From: Gemmatimonadota bacterium
GTDB lineage: Bacteria > Gemmatimonadota > Gemmatimonadetes > JACCXV01 > JAHWKZ01
DNA length: 64,000 bases
Assembly: GCA_050732875.1 (NCBI GenBank)
Contig: JBOHRQ010000003.1
Coordinates: 2,821 to 66,820 of the forward strand
Direction of reading: 5' to 3'
Of the stretch, positions 51,399-61,865 are shown one piece after another. The notes beneath the pieces are model-generated. The model was not told where the DNA came from. It made no database searches and saw nothing but the letters and a program-made list of their open reading frames with translations. Each line of letters begins with the position of its first letter. The stretch's first letter is position 1. Position numbers and translations under genes: made by a program.

Positions 51399-53222
51399 AT
51401 GATGAAGAAGCTCCGCGAATCGACCAAGATCATCATGATCCTGACCTCGATCGCCTTCGTCGGGCTCATGGTCTTCGAATGGGGGATGGACCTGTCCGGG
51501 CGGAGCGCCACCTCGGGCACGCAGACCCGGCTCGGATCGGTAGACGGGGCCGACATCTCGATGGAGGAGTACCAGAACCAGTACCGGATCCTCTACGATC
51601 AGGCCCAGCAGCGGGCCGGCGACGAGGGTCTGACCCCCGAGCAGCTCCGGCAGGTCGAAGATCAGGCGTGGCAGGACGTGGTCAACCTGACCCTCCTGCG
51701 GCACGAGGCGGAGCGCCGGGACATCCGTTTGGCGGACAGCGAGCTGGTGGAGTACATCCGCAACAACCCGCCCCCGGAGGTCGCCCGTCTGCCGGCCTTC
51801 CAAACCGATGGCCAGTTCGACATCCAGAAGTACCGCCAGGCCCTCGGCGATCCGTCGCTGCGGGAAACCTGGGCGGAGTACGAGCGACAGCTTCGCCAGA
51901 CGCTTCCGATACGGAAGCTCGAGGAGCAGATCCTCGCCGGGGTCACCGTGACCGACGCCGAGGTCCTCGACGCCTACCGGGAGCGCCACGAACAGGTCCG
52001 GATCCGCTACGTGTACCTCGACCCCGAGCGGCTCGTTCCCGACGCCCGGACCCAGGTCACGGACACCGAAATCGCGGGATACTACGAGGACCACCGTGAC
52101 GAGTACCGCCGCGAGGCGAGCTCGCGGATCGAGTTCGCGGTCTTCCGTCCGGTAATCACCGGCGCGGATTCCGCGGCCGCACGAGCCCGGGCCGACAGCC
52201 TGGCCCGGCTGGCGCGCGAGCCCGCTACGGAGTTCGCCGATCTGGCCGCCGAGGCCTCGGATGACGAGCTGACGCGCGACGGCGGCGGTCAGCTCGGTTG
52301 GTTCGAGCTGTCGACCATGGATCCGGCGATCGCCTCCGCGCTCTCGGGCCTCGAGCCCGGCGAGGTGTCGGAGCCCGTGCTGACTCCCTTCGGCTGGCAC
52401 GTCCTCGAGCTCGAGGACCGCATGAACCCCGCCCAGGGCGAGGCGCGCTACCAGGCGAGCCACATTCTGGTGACCGTCAAACCGTCGGCGGCAGCCCGGG
52501 ACAGCGCTCGACAGGCCGCCCAGGCGTTCGCCCTCGAGGCCAGCGATTCGACCGCCGCCTTCCGCTGGCTCGCCGAGCCCGGGGCGACGCGCGTCGGAGA
52601 GACGCCGCTGTTCGAGCAGGGCATCGTCGTCCCCGGGATCGGCCCGGCCGCGACGATCTCGGAGTTCGCATTCGCCAACGATCCCGGCGCCGTGAGCGGG
52701 GCTCTGGAACAGGACGGGTCGTTCTACGTCGTCCATGTCCTCGAGCGGTATCCGGCCGGCACCATCGCTCTCGAGCAGGTGGCCGACGAGATCCGGGCAC
52801 GGGTCCGGAGCGACGAGAAACGGGCCATGGTCGCCGAAATGGCGTCCGACTTCCGCGAAGCTGTCCAGCGGGACGGGCTCGAGCCGGCGGCCCGGCAGCT
52901 TGGCCTCGACGTCCGCACGACGGGCTGGTTCAGCCGTCTCAACAACATTCCGGGGATCGGCTCGGGGACCCCCGTCGCGGGCGCCGCCTTCGGTCTCGCG
53001 CAGGGGCGGGTCGCCGGACCGATCGAGGGCCCGGCGGGACTCTACTTCATCCAGGTCCTCGAAAAGCGGGCGTACGATCCGACCGCCTTCGAGCGCGAGC
53101 GGGCGGCATTGAGGGAGCAACTCAAGGTGGAGAAGATGCGGGCGTCGTTCAACGCCTGGTTCGAGGATTTGCGGGACCGGGCCGAGGTCGAGGACCGGCG
53201 GGCCCAGATCCTTGGCACCTGA
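51399..53222 (+). CDS. ppiD: Periplasmic chaperone / peptidyl-prolyl isomerase, PpiD/SurA-like.
   Basis: An N-terminal TM anchor (IIMILTSIAFVGLMVF) is followed by a SurA-like domain and a parvulin PPIase domain. Confidence 0.75.
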   Translation: MMKKLRESTKIIMILTSIAFVGLMVFEWGMDLSGRSATSGTQTRLGSVDGADISMEEYQNQYRILYDQAQQRAGDEGLTPEQLRQVEDQAWQDVVNLTLLRHEAERRDIRLADSELVEYIRNNPPPEVARLPAFQTDGQFDIQKYRQALGDPSLRETWAEYERQLRQTLPIRKLEEQILAGVTVTDAEVLDAYRERHEQVRIRYVYLDPERLVPDARTQVTDTEIAGYYEDHRDEYRREASSRIEFAVFRPVITGADSAAARARADSLARLAREPATEFADLAAEASDDELTRDGGGQLGWFELSTMDPAIASALSGLEPGEVSEPVLTPFGWHVLELEDRMNPAQGEARYQASHILVTVKPSAAARDSARQAAQAFALEASDSTAAFRWLAEPGATRVGETPLFEQGIVVPGIGPAATISEFAFANDPGAVSGALEQDGSFYVVHVLERYPAGTIALEQVADEIRARVRSDEKRAMVAEMASDFREAVQRDGLEPAARQLGLDVRTTGWFSRLNNIPGIGSGTPVAGAAFGLAQGRVAGPIEGPAGLYFIQVLEKRAYDPTAFERERAALREQLKVEKMRASFNAWFEDLRDRAEVEDRRAQILGT

Positions 53223-53267
53223 CCGACCGGGCTGTCACGTCAGGGCGCTCGTTTTCAACGCCCCAGG

Positions 53268-53453
53268 CTATTCCTTTCCAGGCTTGTGCTCTTCCTTGTC
53301 GATGTCTTCCTTGATCTCGTTCAATCCCCGCTTGAACTCGCGAATACCCTTGCCGAGCGACTCGCCGAGCTCGGGAAGGCGCTTGGCCCCGAAGAGCAGC
53401 AAGAGAATGAACAGGACGAGGACGATCTCCTGCATCCCGATCGTTCCGAACAT
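53268..53453 (-). CDS. tatA: Twin-arginine translocase subunit TatA
   Basis: The protein starts MFGTIGMQEIVLVLFILLLLFGAKRLPELGESLGKGIREFK, which is the canonical TatA/E architecture. Confidence 0.85.
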   Translation of the reverse strand: MFGTIGMQEIVLVLFILLLLFGAKRLPELGESLGKGIREFKRGLNEIKEDIDKEEHKPGKE

Positions 53454-53504
53454 GATGCCTCCCTCCGCCTGGCAAGGCGGACAAGACGAGCAGGGACGGG
53501 CAGC

Positions 53505-53771
53505 CTAGAAAAAGGCGCGGTAAAGGTACGCCGCCCCGACGATCCCCACCAGGCTCATGATGTTCACATAGAGCGTCAACGGGCCGAGGGTGAGCGCCAC
53601 GGCCACCAGGTCGATCGAGACCGGGCCGAACGCGCCCGCCACCGACGTGGTGAAGAAATCCCGCGCCACTCCCGCCGGCAGCCACCTGGCCAGCAGCTCT
53701 CCGATCAAGCTACCGACCAGCAGACCCATGGTCAACACTATCGTGTATACCTTGAAGTTCTTGCGGTGCAT
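53505..53771 (-). CDS. Small hypothetical membrane protein of about 88 aa.
   Basis: It has two predicted TM segments and lies between tatA and the polyprenyl synthase. Confidence 0.45.
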   Translation of the reverse strand: MHRKNFKVYTIVLTMGLLVGSLIGELLARWLPAGVARDFFTTSVAGAFGPVSIDLVAVALTLGPLTLYVNIMSLVGIVGAAYLYRAFF

Positions 53772-53837
53772 TAGCTTACCGGAACGCGGGCCGGACCGGA
53801 AATCGGTCGGTGCAGCCAACGGCGGGGCCCTCACCGC

Positions 53838-54848
53838 TCAGCGGTCCCGCCCCAGAACATACTCCACGGCGGACTCCAGCCCCTCGCGGGCTGGGGTCGG
53901 CGGCACGGCTCCCAGCGCTTCTCTCGCGCGCGTCGCGTACTCGCGGGCCACCCGTCGCGTGGCCTCGATTCCTCCCCGGCCACGAACCATGTGAACCACC
54001 TCCTCGACGGCGTCGGCGGCTGGCTTGCCCGCGGTCGGGAACACGGCCTGCACGGCCCGTCGCTCGCGCGAATCGAGGCGCGGGAGGATGGCCAGCAGGG
54101 GGAAGGTCGCCTGCCCCTCGCGGAGGTCCGATCCGGATGGCTTCCCCATCACCGATGGCTCGCCGCCGTAGTCCATCATGTCGTCGATCAGCTGGAACGC
54201 CATCCCAAGCCGCATTCCGTAATCGTGGAGGGGGCGCCGGCAGGCGGGGGCCCCGATCACGGCCCCCATCTCGCACGCAGTGGCGATCAGACTGGCCGTC
54301 TTCTTCTCGATCATGAAGAAGTACTGGGCGGGATCCTCGACCAGCCGCCCGTGATGGGCGATCTCGACCATTTCCCCGACCGTCAGATCGTTGGTGACTC
54401 GGGCCGCCATTCCGATCAGCTCGAGATCACCGATCCGGGTGATCTCCGCCATCGCCCGCGAGTACAGATAGTCCCCCATGATGATCGAGACCTTGTGCCC
54501 CCAGCGATTGTTGAGCGTAGGCAGTCCCCGCCGCAGGCTGGAGTGGTCGATCGAATCGTCGTGGACGAGCGTGGCCAGATGGATGATCTCCACCACCGCG
54601 CCCAGCGGGACCTCGCGCGCGTCCGGCCGCTCCTCCGCTCGGTTGCAGAGGGCCAGGAGCGCCGGCCGGAAGAGCTTCCCGCGCATTTGGTTGAGATGGA
54701 AGGAGACCTCGTTGATGAACGGGACGTCGGTCGCCAGAGCAGCGCCGATCTGGACCAGGACCTCGTCGAGAACCCCGTGCACCAGCCCCTGGATCGTGGC
54801 CAGCGATGGGCGCTCGAGCTGCTCGGGGGCGGCGCTGCGGCTCATCGG
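53838..54848 (-). CDS. Long-chain polyprenyl diphosphate synthase (IspB-like)
   Basis: It has two DDxxD motifs (LVHDDSIDHS and FQLIDDMMD). Confidence 0.85.
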   Translation of the reverse strand, partial: PMSRSAAPEQLERPSLATIQGLVHGVLDEVLVQIGAALATDVPFINEVSFHLNQMRGKLFRPALLALCNRAEERPDAREVPLGAVVEIIHLATLVHDDSIDHSSLRRGLPTLNNRWGHKVSIIMGDYLYSRAMAEITRIGDLELIGMAARVTNDLTVGEMVEIAHHGRLVEDPAQYFFMIEKKTASLIATACEMGAVIGAPACRRPLHDYGMRLGMAFQLIDDMMDYGGEPSVMGKPSGSDLREGQATFPLLAILPRLDSRERRAVQAVFPTAGKPAADAVEEVVHMVRGRGGIEATRRVAREYATRAREALGAVPPTPAREGLESAVEYVLGRDR

Positions 54849-54858
54849 GTGGCCTAGG

Positions 54859-55677
54859 TTAACCTCGCCCCCCGAGCCGGTCAACGAGGTTTTCGGCCCA
54901 TTCCGAGGGGACGCGCGGCAGCCCGATCCGGCTGCGGTGACCGGGCGTGCCGTGAAAGTCGCTGCCCCCCGTCGGCAACAGCCCGAGGTCTCCTGCCAGC
55001 GCCTCGTAATGACGCATCGCGGCGGCGGAATGCTCGGTGTGGCGGACCTCGAGACCGAGCAGCCCCTCCTCGGCCAGGACCGGGATCAGATCGTCGCATC
55101 GAAAGGTTCCCGGATGCGCCAGGACGGGAATGCCGCCCGCGCGGCGCACCGCCCGGAAAGTGCGGCCCGGATCGCGAAGAGGCTTGGCCACGAACCCCGG
55201 CCGCGAGCGTCCGATGAACCGCGAGAAGGCCTCGTCCAGAGTGCGCACGTGACCGCGCTCGACGAGCGCCATGGCCACGTGCGGCCGCGTGATCGTGGCC
55301 CCTGTGGCGATCCGCTCCACGTCGGCGAGCTCGACCTCGATTCCCAGCCGGTTGAGGCGGCCGACCATCTCCCGGGCACGCTCGTGTCGCTGGCCGGCCA
55401 GCTCCTCCAGCTCGCGCCGGAAGACCGGGTCCCCCACGTCGACGCCGTACGCCAGGATGTGCGCCTCGCGGTTTCCGGCGTGGCAGGTCAGCTCGACACC
55501 CGTGATGACCGTCATCCCCGCGGGCGCCGTGGCGACGGCCTCCTCCACCGCGGCCACCGTGTCGTGATCGGTGACCGCCAGGAAGCGGATTCCCCGCTCG
55601 GCCGCTCGCGCCACCAGGTCGGCCGGGGGCAGCGCCCCGTCGGAGGCATTGGTGTGAGTGTGGAGATCGACGCTCAC
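54859..55677 (-). CDS. PHP-domain metal-dependent phosphoesterase (TrpH/YciV-like)
   Basis: The N-terminus VDLHTHTNASDG and the PHP-domain His residues are present. Confidence 0.8.
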   Translation of the reverse strand: MSVDLHTHTNASDGALPPADLVARAAERGIRFLAVTDHDTVAAVEEAVATAPAGMTVITGVELTCHAGNREAHILAYGVDVGDPVFRRELEELAGQRHERAREMVGRLNRLGIEVELADVERIATGATITRPHVAMALVERGHVRTLDEAFSRFIGRSRPGFVAKPLRDPGRTFRAVRRAGGIPVLAHPGTFRCDDLIPVLAEEGLLGLEVRHTEHSAAAMRHYEALAGDLGLLPTGGSDFHGTPGHRSRIGLPRVPSEWAENLVDRLGGRG

Positions 55678-55779
55678 CTGGTTGCTATGCCTCCTCGTCG
55701 CGCCTCGCGCGGGGTACCCAACGCAGGTGGGCGCCGCCGGCCCGATCGGCACACGTCATCGTACTCATGACCGCGTGCA

Positions 55780-55945
55780 CTAGCGTGCTGAGTCAGAAGT
55801 CCGGTGAAGCACCGAGAGCCCCGCTGCGCCCTGCGGGCGAGGCGCGACGAGGAGGAATGGCAGCGCCATTCCGCACGAGTCGCAACGAAGCCCCCGGGGA
55901 TGCAGCGGGGCTCGAATGCCAACGACTTCTGACTCAGCACACTAG
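55780..55945. mobile_element. MITE copy B, 166 bp. It is the same element as 18986-19152 and is inserted at the CTAG stop of the metH-metF fusion gene.
   Basis: It differs from copy A by two substitutions and one 1-bp indel, and has the same TIRs and TA flanks. Confidence 0.8.
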
Positions 55946-57810
55946 CGTGCGATCAGCCCGTCGAGCACCTCGAGCGCCATCTCGTAACGACCGAACGGGG
56001 GCATCACGTAGGCCCCCTGAACGCCAGGCACGCCCCTGACCGCGGCCAACGCTTCGCGCGCGATGTCCACCCCCAGGGCGGCCGCCTCGCGGCCATCCAC
56101 GACCCGCCGCATCCGCTCCCGGACCGCCTCGGGTATGCGCATCCCCGGCACCTCGTTGTGCAGAAACTCCGCGTTGCGGAACGAATACAGCGGCAGGATG
56201 CCTGCCAGGATCGGGATCGGGAGCGGACCCACCTCCGCCACGAAGTCCGCCAGGTCCCCGGCGTCGAAGATCGGCTGCGACATGGCGAAGCGGGCCCCGG
56301 CCTCGATCTTCCGTCGGAAGCGCTCCACCTCGAGCGCGCGGTCCACGGCGCCCGGGTTCACCCCGACCCCGACGTGCAGATCGAGCGGGACACCGGTCTC
56401 CTTTCCGGCGGCATCCAGCCCGAGCGTCAGCCGGCTCGCCACGCGCACGAGCCCGATCGAGTCGACATCGAAGACGGCGGTGGGAACCGCGTACTCCCCC
56501 GCCTTGGGCGGATCCCCGGTGATGATCAGCACGTCGCGGACGTCCAGGGCATGGGCGGCCATCAGGTCGGCCTGCATCCCGTAAAGATTGCGGTCGCGGC
56601 AGCAGTAATGGATGATGGTTTCGACCGGGACGCGATCGCGCAGCACCCGGGCGATCGCCAGCGGAGTCACACGCGGAGAGATGCGGGCGTATTCCGGGAT
56701 GTTGACGGCGTCGACCCCGGTCTCGGCGATGTCCCGGACCGCCGCCACCAGCGACCCGAGATCGGCGCTCGTCGGCGGGGTGAGCTCCACCGAGACGACG
56801 AACCGGCCCTCGGCCAGTCGCCGGGCCAGCTCCGTGGGGCGGACATCGGGCCGTGAAACCGCGGCCCGGACCGGTTCGGCCTCGACCTCTTCGACGACGG
56901 TGACGCGGACCTTCGGAGCATACCTCTGGACGGAGTGGACCATCGTCCGCACGTGCTCCGGGGTGGTCCCGCAGCATCCTCCGAGCAAGCGCACGCCGGC
57001 CTGGACGAAGCGCTTGGCGTACTTGCCGAAATACTCCGGCCCGGCCATGTACATGAGCCGCCCCTCGACCGACTGCGGCAGCCCGGCGTTCGGCATCGCC
57101 GCCAGAAAGGCCCCGTTGCCGCCCTCCATCCGGACCAGACAGTCGAGCATGGGCCGGGGACCCACGCTGCAGTTGGCACCGACGACGTCGGCCCCCGATT
57201 CCGCCAGTCGACGCGCGACCAGCTCCGGCCGGTCTCCCGACTGGGTCAGCCCTTCCTCGGTGAAGCTCATCATGGCGACGACCGGAATAGCGTCGTCGAG
57301 AGCGCGAATCGCCGCGAGGGCCGCGTCCATCTCGACCAGGGACGGGATCGTCTCGACGACCAGCAGGTCCACACCGCCCTCGAGCAGGGCCGCGGCCTGC
57401 TCGGCGAAGATCCCTCGCATGTCATCGACGTTGTATCCGCCGGCGACCTGACCGGTCACGCCGATCGGGCCCATCGATCCGCCCACCCAGGCCCGCTCCC
57501 CCCCCGCCTCGCGGGCGAGCCGGGCTCCGGCCCGGTTGATCTCCGCCACCCGGTCCTCGAGACCGTGCCCAAGCAGCCGGGCGCGGTTCGCCCCGAACGT
57601 GTTGGTCTCCAGCAGCTCGGCCCCGGCGGCCACGTAAGCGGCATGGATCTCCCGGATCATGTCCGGGCTGGACACGCAGAGCTCGTCGAAGCAGCGATTG
57701 ATGAACACCCCTCGCTCGTAGATCTGCGTACCCATCGCGCCATCGGCGACCAGCACGCCCTCGGCGAGGCGCTCGAGAAACCCGTCTCCGCGGTTCGACG
57801 ATCGTGTCAC
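55942..57810 (-). CDS. Bifunctional homocysteine S-methyltransferase / 5,10-methylenetetrahydrofolate reductase (YitJ-like)
   Basis: An N-terminal homocysteine-binding Pterin/Hcy domain (GAMGTQIYERG...GGCCGTTPEH) is fused to a C-terminal MetF domain. The TAG stop lies within the MITE's CTAG. Confidence 0.85.
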   Translation of the reverse strand: MTRSSNRGDGFLERLAEGVLVADGAMGTQIYERGVFINRCFDELCVSSPDMIREIHAAYVAAGAELLETNTFGANRARLLGHGLEDRVAEINRAGARLAREAGGERAWVGGSMGPIGVTGQVAGGYNVDDMRGIFAEQAAALLEGGVDLLVVETIPSLVEMDAALAAIRALDDAIPVVAMMSFTEEGLTQSGDRPELVARRLAESGADVVGANCSVGPRPMLDCLVRMEGGNGAFLAAMPNAGLPQSVEGRLMYMAGPEYFGKYAKRFVQAGVRLLGGCCGTTPEHVRTMVHSVQRYAPKVRVTVVEEVEAEPVRAAVSRPDVRPTELARRLAEGRFVVSVELTPPTSADLGSLVAAVRDIAETGVDAVNIPEYARISPRVTPLAIARVLRDRVPVETIIHYCCRDRNLYGMQADLMAAHALDVRDVLIITGDPPKAGEYAVPTAVFDVDSIGLVRVASRLTLGLDAAGKETGVPLDLHVGVGVNPGAVDRALEVERFRRKIEAGARFAMSQPIFDAGDLADFVAEVGPLPIPILAGILPLYSFRNAEFLHNEVPGMRIPEAVRERMRRVVDGREAAALGVDIAREALAAVRGVPGVQGAYVMPPFGRYEMALEVLDGLIAR

Positions 57811-58862
57811 GACGGTATCCTTCGGCTGTTGTCGATCTGCTGCGCCGGAATGTTCAGGATGGCCAGGGCGGCCTCGCTGCTGGGGTCGATGAGCAACATC
57901 TCCTCGGCCGCCCCCCGGGCCTCGGTCGAGCGGTTTCCATCCAGGTGCCACAGGGCCAGCGCTTCGAGAGACTGGAGGACGGCGGCCGCCCGGCCCGACC
58001 GGCGGGCCGACTCGGTCCACGCGGCGAACTCCTCGAGTCCCGCATCTCCGGCGGTCGCCAGCCGGCGGTAGGCCTCCTCCGCGTCCGCCCACCGTCCGCT
58101 CGAGAAGGCTTCGGCGGCTTCCCGACGGACGACCGCCAGGTGCTCAGGCTCCCCCTGCCCTCGGGTGCCGCCGGGGGGCTCCGGGGCGGACCCCGGGGCG
58201 GGAGCCGTCTCCGGCTCAGGAACCGGCGCCTCGAGCGCCTCGATCCGCGTCCGCGCGTGCTCGGCGCCGGCGGGGTCGCCCGCCTGAAGGCACAGCTCGA
58301 GGGCGGCCCGGTACTCGCGCAGGGCGTCCTCGCGCCGGCCCGCCTCCCGCAGCAGGCGGCCCAGGCGCTCGCGCAGCCGCGCGCTGTCGGGGGCGATCCG
58401 GACGACCTCCTGCATCGCGGTCAGGGCCTCCCCCATCTCTCCGGCCTCGCCACGTCGCTCCGCGATGGCCCCCAGGACCTCGAGCGCCTCCGCCTTCAGC
58501 CCCTTGGCGGCGCAATAGCGGCCCAGCAGCAGCGCCGCACGTGAGTGATCCTCGCTTCTCCTGAGCACTTTGCGACAGCAGGCGATCGCGTTGTCGTAGA
58601 GGCCCTCGGTGGCAAAGGCCTCGGCGGCCTGCAGATGATGCTCGTTGGCCAGCGTCACGTCGCCCAGATCCAGGTACGCGTCGCCGAGCCCGTTGAGGGC
58701 GGCCGGGGGCGGAGCCAGACCCGCCACCTCGGCCCGGCGGATCACCTCCATGTAGCGCGAGAGGGCCGCGTTCGGGTCGAGGTGACGGGATGGCCGGTTC
58801 CCACCGCGATGCCATAGCCCGCTCATGGGTTCAAATCTGCGCCCTCGCGCCGCGGCCATCAA
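57807..58862 (-). CDS. TPR-repeat protein
   Basis: It has multiple TPR-like repeats and a low-complexity middle region. Confidence 0.5.
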   Translation of the reverse strand: MMAAARGRRFEPMSGLWHRGGNRPSRHLDPNAALSRYMEVIRRAEVAGLAPPPAALNGLGDAYLDLGDVTLANEHHLQAAEAFATEGLYDNAIACCRKVLRRSEDHSRAALLLGRYCAAKGLKAEALEVLGAIAERRGEAGEMGEALTAMQEVVRIAPDSARLRERLGRLLREAGRREDALREYRAALELCLQAGDPAGAEHARTRIEALEAPVPEPETAPAPGSAPEPPGGTRGQGEPEHLAVVRREAAEAFSSGRWADAEEAYRRLATAGDAGLEEFAAWTESARRSGRAAAVLQSLEALALWHLDGNRSTEARGAAEEMLLIDPSSEAALAILNIPAQQIDNSRRIPS

Positions 58863-60161
58863 TCACCGGGACTCCGATCGACAGGGCGGGGCGTCGGCCT
58901 TCCCCGCGTCCCGCCAGATCACACGACCGTCCCGGACGGTGGCCCGTCCGTGGCTCGTTCCGTAGTGATAGACGAGCTGCCGATAGTCGTGGACATCGAA
59001 AAGGGCCAGGTCGCCCGCCGAGCCGGGGGCCAGCGACCCCAGGTCCTCGCGGTCCACGGCCAGAGCTCCGCCACGGGTGACCGCGCGCAGCGCTTCGTCG
59101 ATGGTGAGGCCCATCAGGCAGCAGCCGAACGCGGCCATGAGCATCAGGTTCTGGGTCATCGAGGAGCCGGGGTTGAAGTCGGTCGCCAGCGCCACCGTGG
59201 CCCCGGCGTCGACCAGCCGCCGGGCCGGGGCGAAACGCCCCAGCCGCAGGAAGAACGAGGTCCCCGGCAGAAGCGTGGCCACCGTCCGGCTTCCCGCCAG
59301 GGCCTCGATCCCGGCCGCATCCACCGCTACCAGATGGTCGGCGCTCGCCGCCCCCAGCCGCGCCGCCAGCCCCGCTCCGCCCAGGCTGGCGAACTCGTCG
59401 GCGTGGATCTTGAGCCCCAGCCCGAGCTCGGCCGCCCGGGCCAGGATCGTCGCGCTCTCTTCCAGCGTGAAAGCGCCTTCGTCGCAGAACACGTCGCAGA
59501 AGCGGGCGAGGCCCTCTTCGGCCACGGCGGGGAGCATTTCGTCGACCACCAGGCGGATGTAGCCGGCGCGGTCGCCGTCGAACTCCATCGGAAGGGCGTG
59601 GGCGCCGAGGAAGGTGGGCACGACGCGTGGCAGCCCGGGATCCGCCCCCAACCGCCGCGCGACACGGAGCGTGCGGACCTCGTCCTCGACCGTCAGCCCG
59701 TAGCCCGACTTCACCTCCGCCGTCGTCACACCCCAGCGCGCGCACTCAGCCAGCCGGGGGGCGGCGAGGTCCAGCAGCTCGTCCTCGCCGCGGTTCCGCA
59801 GATCGCGGACGCTCCACAGGATCCCCCCGCCCGCCGCCGCGATCTCCTGGTAGGTCGCGCCGGCCAGGCGGCGCTCGAACTCGTGCTCGCGGGTGCCGCC
59901 GAAGACGGCGTGGGTGTGGCTGTCGACCAGGCCCGGCAGGACGACGCCTCCGCCGGCGTCCAGGCGCGGCGCCCGCCCGGCCTCGACCGGAGCGTCCCGG
60001 GCGTAACCGCGGGCCGCGACGCGGCCCCCGCGGATCCACACGAAGGCGTCCTCGACGATCTCGGGCGGCTCCGAGGCGCCGCCCGCCCCGAAGTCGACGA
60101 GCTGACCGATCCCGGTGACCAGCAAGTCCGCGCCCGCGGGCGCCTCGCTCTCCGGCGTCAC
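58863..60161 (-). CDS. hutI: Imidazolonepropionase
   Basis: The amidohydrolase metal-ligand motifs (DSHTH; KIHADE) are present and the sequence is HutI-like. The GTG start overlaps the hutU stop. Confidence 0.85.
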   Translation of the reverse strand: MTPESEAPAGADLLVTGIGQLVDFGAGGASEPPEIVEDAFVWIRGGRVAARGYARDAPVEAGRAPRLDAGGGVVLPGLVDSHTHAVFGGTREHEFERRLAGATYQEIAAAGGGILWSVRDLRNRGEDELLDLAAPRLAECARWGVTTAEVKSGYGLTVEDEVRTLRVARRLGADPGLPRVVPTFLGAHALPMEFDGDRAGYIRLVVDEMLPAVAEEGLARFCDVFCDEGAFTLEESATILARAAELGLGLKIHADEFASLGGAGLAARLGAASADHLVAVDAAGIEALAGSRTVATLLPGTSFFLRLGRFAPARRLVDAGATVALATDFNPGSSMTQNLMLMAAFGCCLMGLTIDEALRAVTRGGALAVDREDLGSLAPGSAGDLALFDVHDYRQLVYHYGTSHGRATVRDGRVIWRDAGKADAPPCRSESR

Positions 60162-61822
60162 TCGAGCATGGGGATCTTCACCCCGTGGTCCCGCGCCGTC
60201 TCGATGGCGCGCGGGTACCCGGCGTCGGCGTGGCGGGCGACACCCAGGCCGGGGTCGTTCGTGAGCACCCGCTCCAGCCGCGCCGCGCCTTCGGGCGTCC
60301 CGTCGGCGACGGTCACCTGTCCGGCGTGAAGGCTGTTGCCGATCCCGACCCCACCGCCGTGATGGAAGGAGACCCACGACGCGCCGCTCGCCGTATTGAG
60401 CAGGGCGTTTAGCGCCGGCCAGTCGGCGATCGCGTCGGACCCGTCCCGCATCCCCTCGGTCTCGCGAAACGGGGACGCCACCGAGCCGGTGTCCAGGTGG
60501 TCGCGGCCGATCACGATCGGCGCCTCCAGGGTGCCATCGGCCACCAGCTCGTGGATGCGCTCGCCGAGACGCCAGCGGTCCCCGTAGCCGAGCCAGCAGA
60601 TCCGGGCCGGCAGGCCCTGGAACGCGACCCGCTCCGAGGCCAGGCGAATCCAGCGCTGGAGCGCCTCGTCCTCGGGAAAGAGCTCGCCGATCGCCCCGTC
60701 GATGGCGGCGATATCGGCCGGGTTTCCGGAGAGAGCCGCCCACCGGAAGGGTCCTTTCCCCTCGCAGAACAGGGGGCGGATGTACTCGGGCACGAACCCC
60801 GGAATGTCGAAGGCGTCCTCGACGCCGGCGTCACGAGCCTGTCCGCGGAGGTTGTTGCCGTAGTCGAAGGCCACGGCGCCCGCCGCCTGGAGATCCAGCA
60901 GCCCCCGGCAATGGATCGCCATCGACTCCATTGACCGGCGCACGTAGTCCTCCGGCCGGGTCCGCCGGAGCTCGAGCGCCTCTTCCAGCGTGAGACCGGC
61001 CGGCACGTAGCCCTCCAGGGCGTCGTGGGCGCTCGTCTGGTCGGTCACCACGTCGGGCACGGCGCCCCGGCGCACCATCTCCGGAACGACCTCGGCGCAG
61101 TTGCCGACCAGCCCCACGGACACCGCCTCTCCGGCGCGCGCGGCTCCCGTCACGCGCTCCAGGGCCGCGTCCAGATCGGCGACGATCTCGTCGAGATAGC
61201 CGGTCTCGCGCCGGCGCTCGAGCCGGCGGCGGTCGACCTCGACGATCAGACACGCGGCTTCGTTCATCGTGGCCGCCAGCGGCTGGGCCCCGCCCATCCC
61301 GCCGCAGCCGCCGGTCAGCACCCAGCGTCCCCGGAGCGAGCCGCCGAAGTGCCGGCGGGCCATCGCCGACAGCGTCTCGTAGGTGCCCTGCACGATCCCC
61401 TGCGTGCCGATGTAGATCCACGACCCGGCGGTCATCTGGCCGTACATCGTGAGGCCGAGCGCCTCGAGCCGGCGGAACTCGTCCGCCGTGGCCCAGCGCG
61501 GCACGAGATGGGCGTTGGCGATCAGGACCCGGGGCGCCCAGGCGTGGGTCCGGAAGACGCCGACCGGCTTGCCGCTCTGGACGCAGAGGGTCTCCTCGTT
61601 CCCCAGCTCGGCGAGGGCCGTTACCAGCGCCTCGAAGCAGGCCCAGTCGCGCGCGGCCTTGCCCGATCCGCCGTAGACGACCAGCCGGTCGGGATCCTCG
61701 GCGACCTCGGGGTCGAGGTTGTTCATGAGCATCCGGAGCGCGGCTTCCTGGTGCCAGCCCCGGCAGCGGAGAGCCTTGCCGCGCGGAGCGCGGACCGGCC
61801 GCGCGACCGTGGTCGTCGTCAT
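60158..61822 (-). CDS. hutU: Urocanate hydratase
   Basis: It shows full-length HutU similarity, including the NAD-binding GGMGGAQ motif. Confidence 0.9.
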   Translation of the reverse strand: MTTTTVARPVRAPRGKALRCRGWHQEAALRMLMNNLDPEVAEDPDRLVVYGGSGKAARDWACFEALVTALAELGNEETLCVQSGKPVGVFRTHAWAPRVLIANAHLVPRWATADEFRRLEALGLTMYGQMTAGSWIYIGTQGIVQGTYETLSAMARRHFGGSLRGRWVLTGGCGGMGGAQPLAATMNEAACLIVEVDRRRLERRRETGYLDEIVADLDAALERVTGAARAGEAVSVGLVGNCAEVVPEMVRRGAVPDVVTDQTSAHDALEGYVPAGLTLEEALELRRTRPEDYVRRSMESMAIHCRGLLDLQAAGAVAFDYGNNLRGQARDAGVEDAFDIPGFVPEYIRPLFCEGKGPFRWAALSGNPADIAAIDGAIGELFPEDEALQRWIRLASERVAFQGLPARICWLGYGDRWRLGERIHELVADGTLEAPIVIGRDHLDTGSVASPFRETEGMRDGSDAIADWPALNALLNTASGASWVSFHHGGGVGIGNSLHAGQVTVADGTPEGAARLERVLTNDPGLGVARHADAGYPRAIETARDHGVKIPMLE

Positions 61823-61865
61823 TGCGTCTCCTCGGTTGACTCGCTCCCGGCCGGGCCGCCGGCCC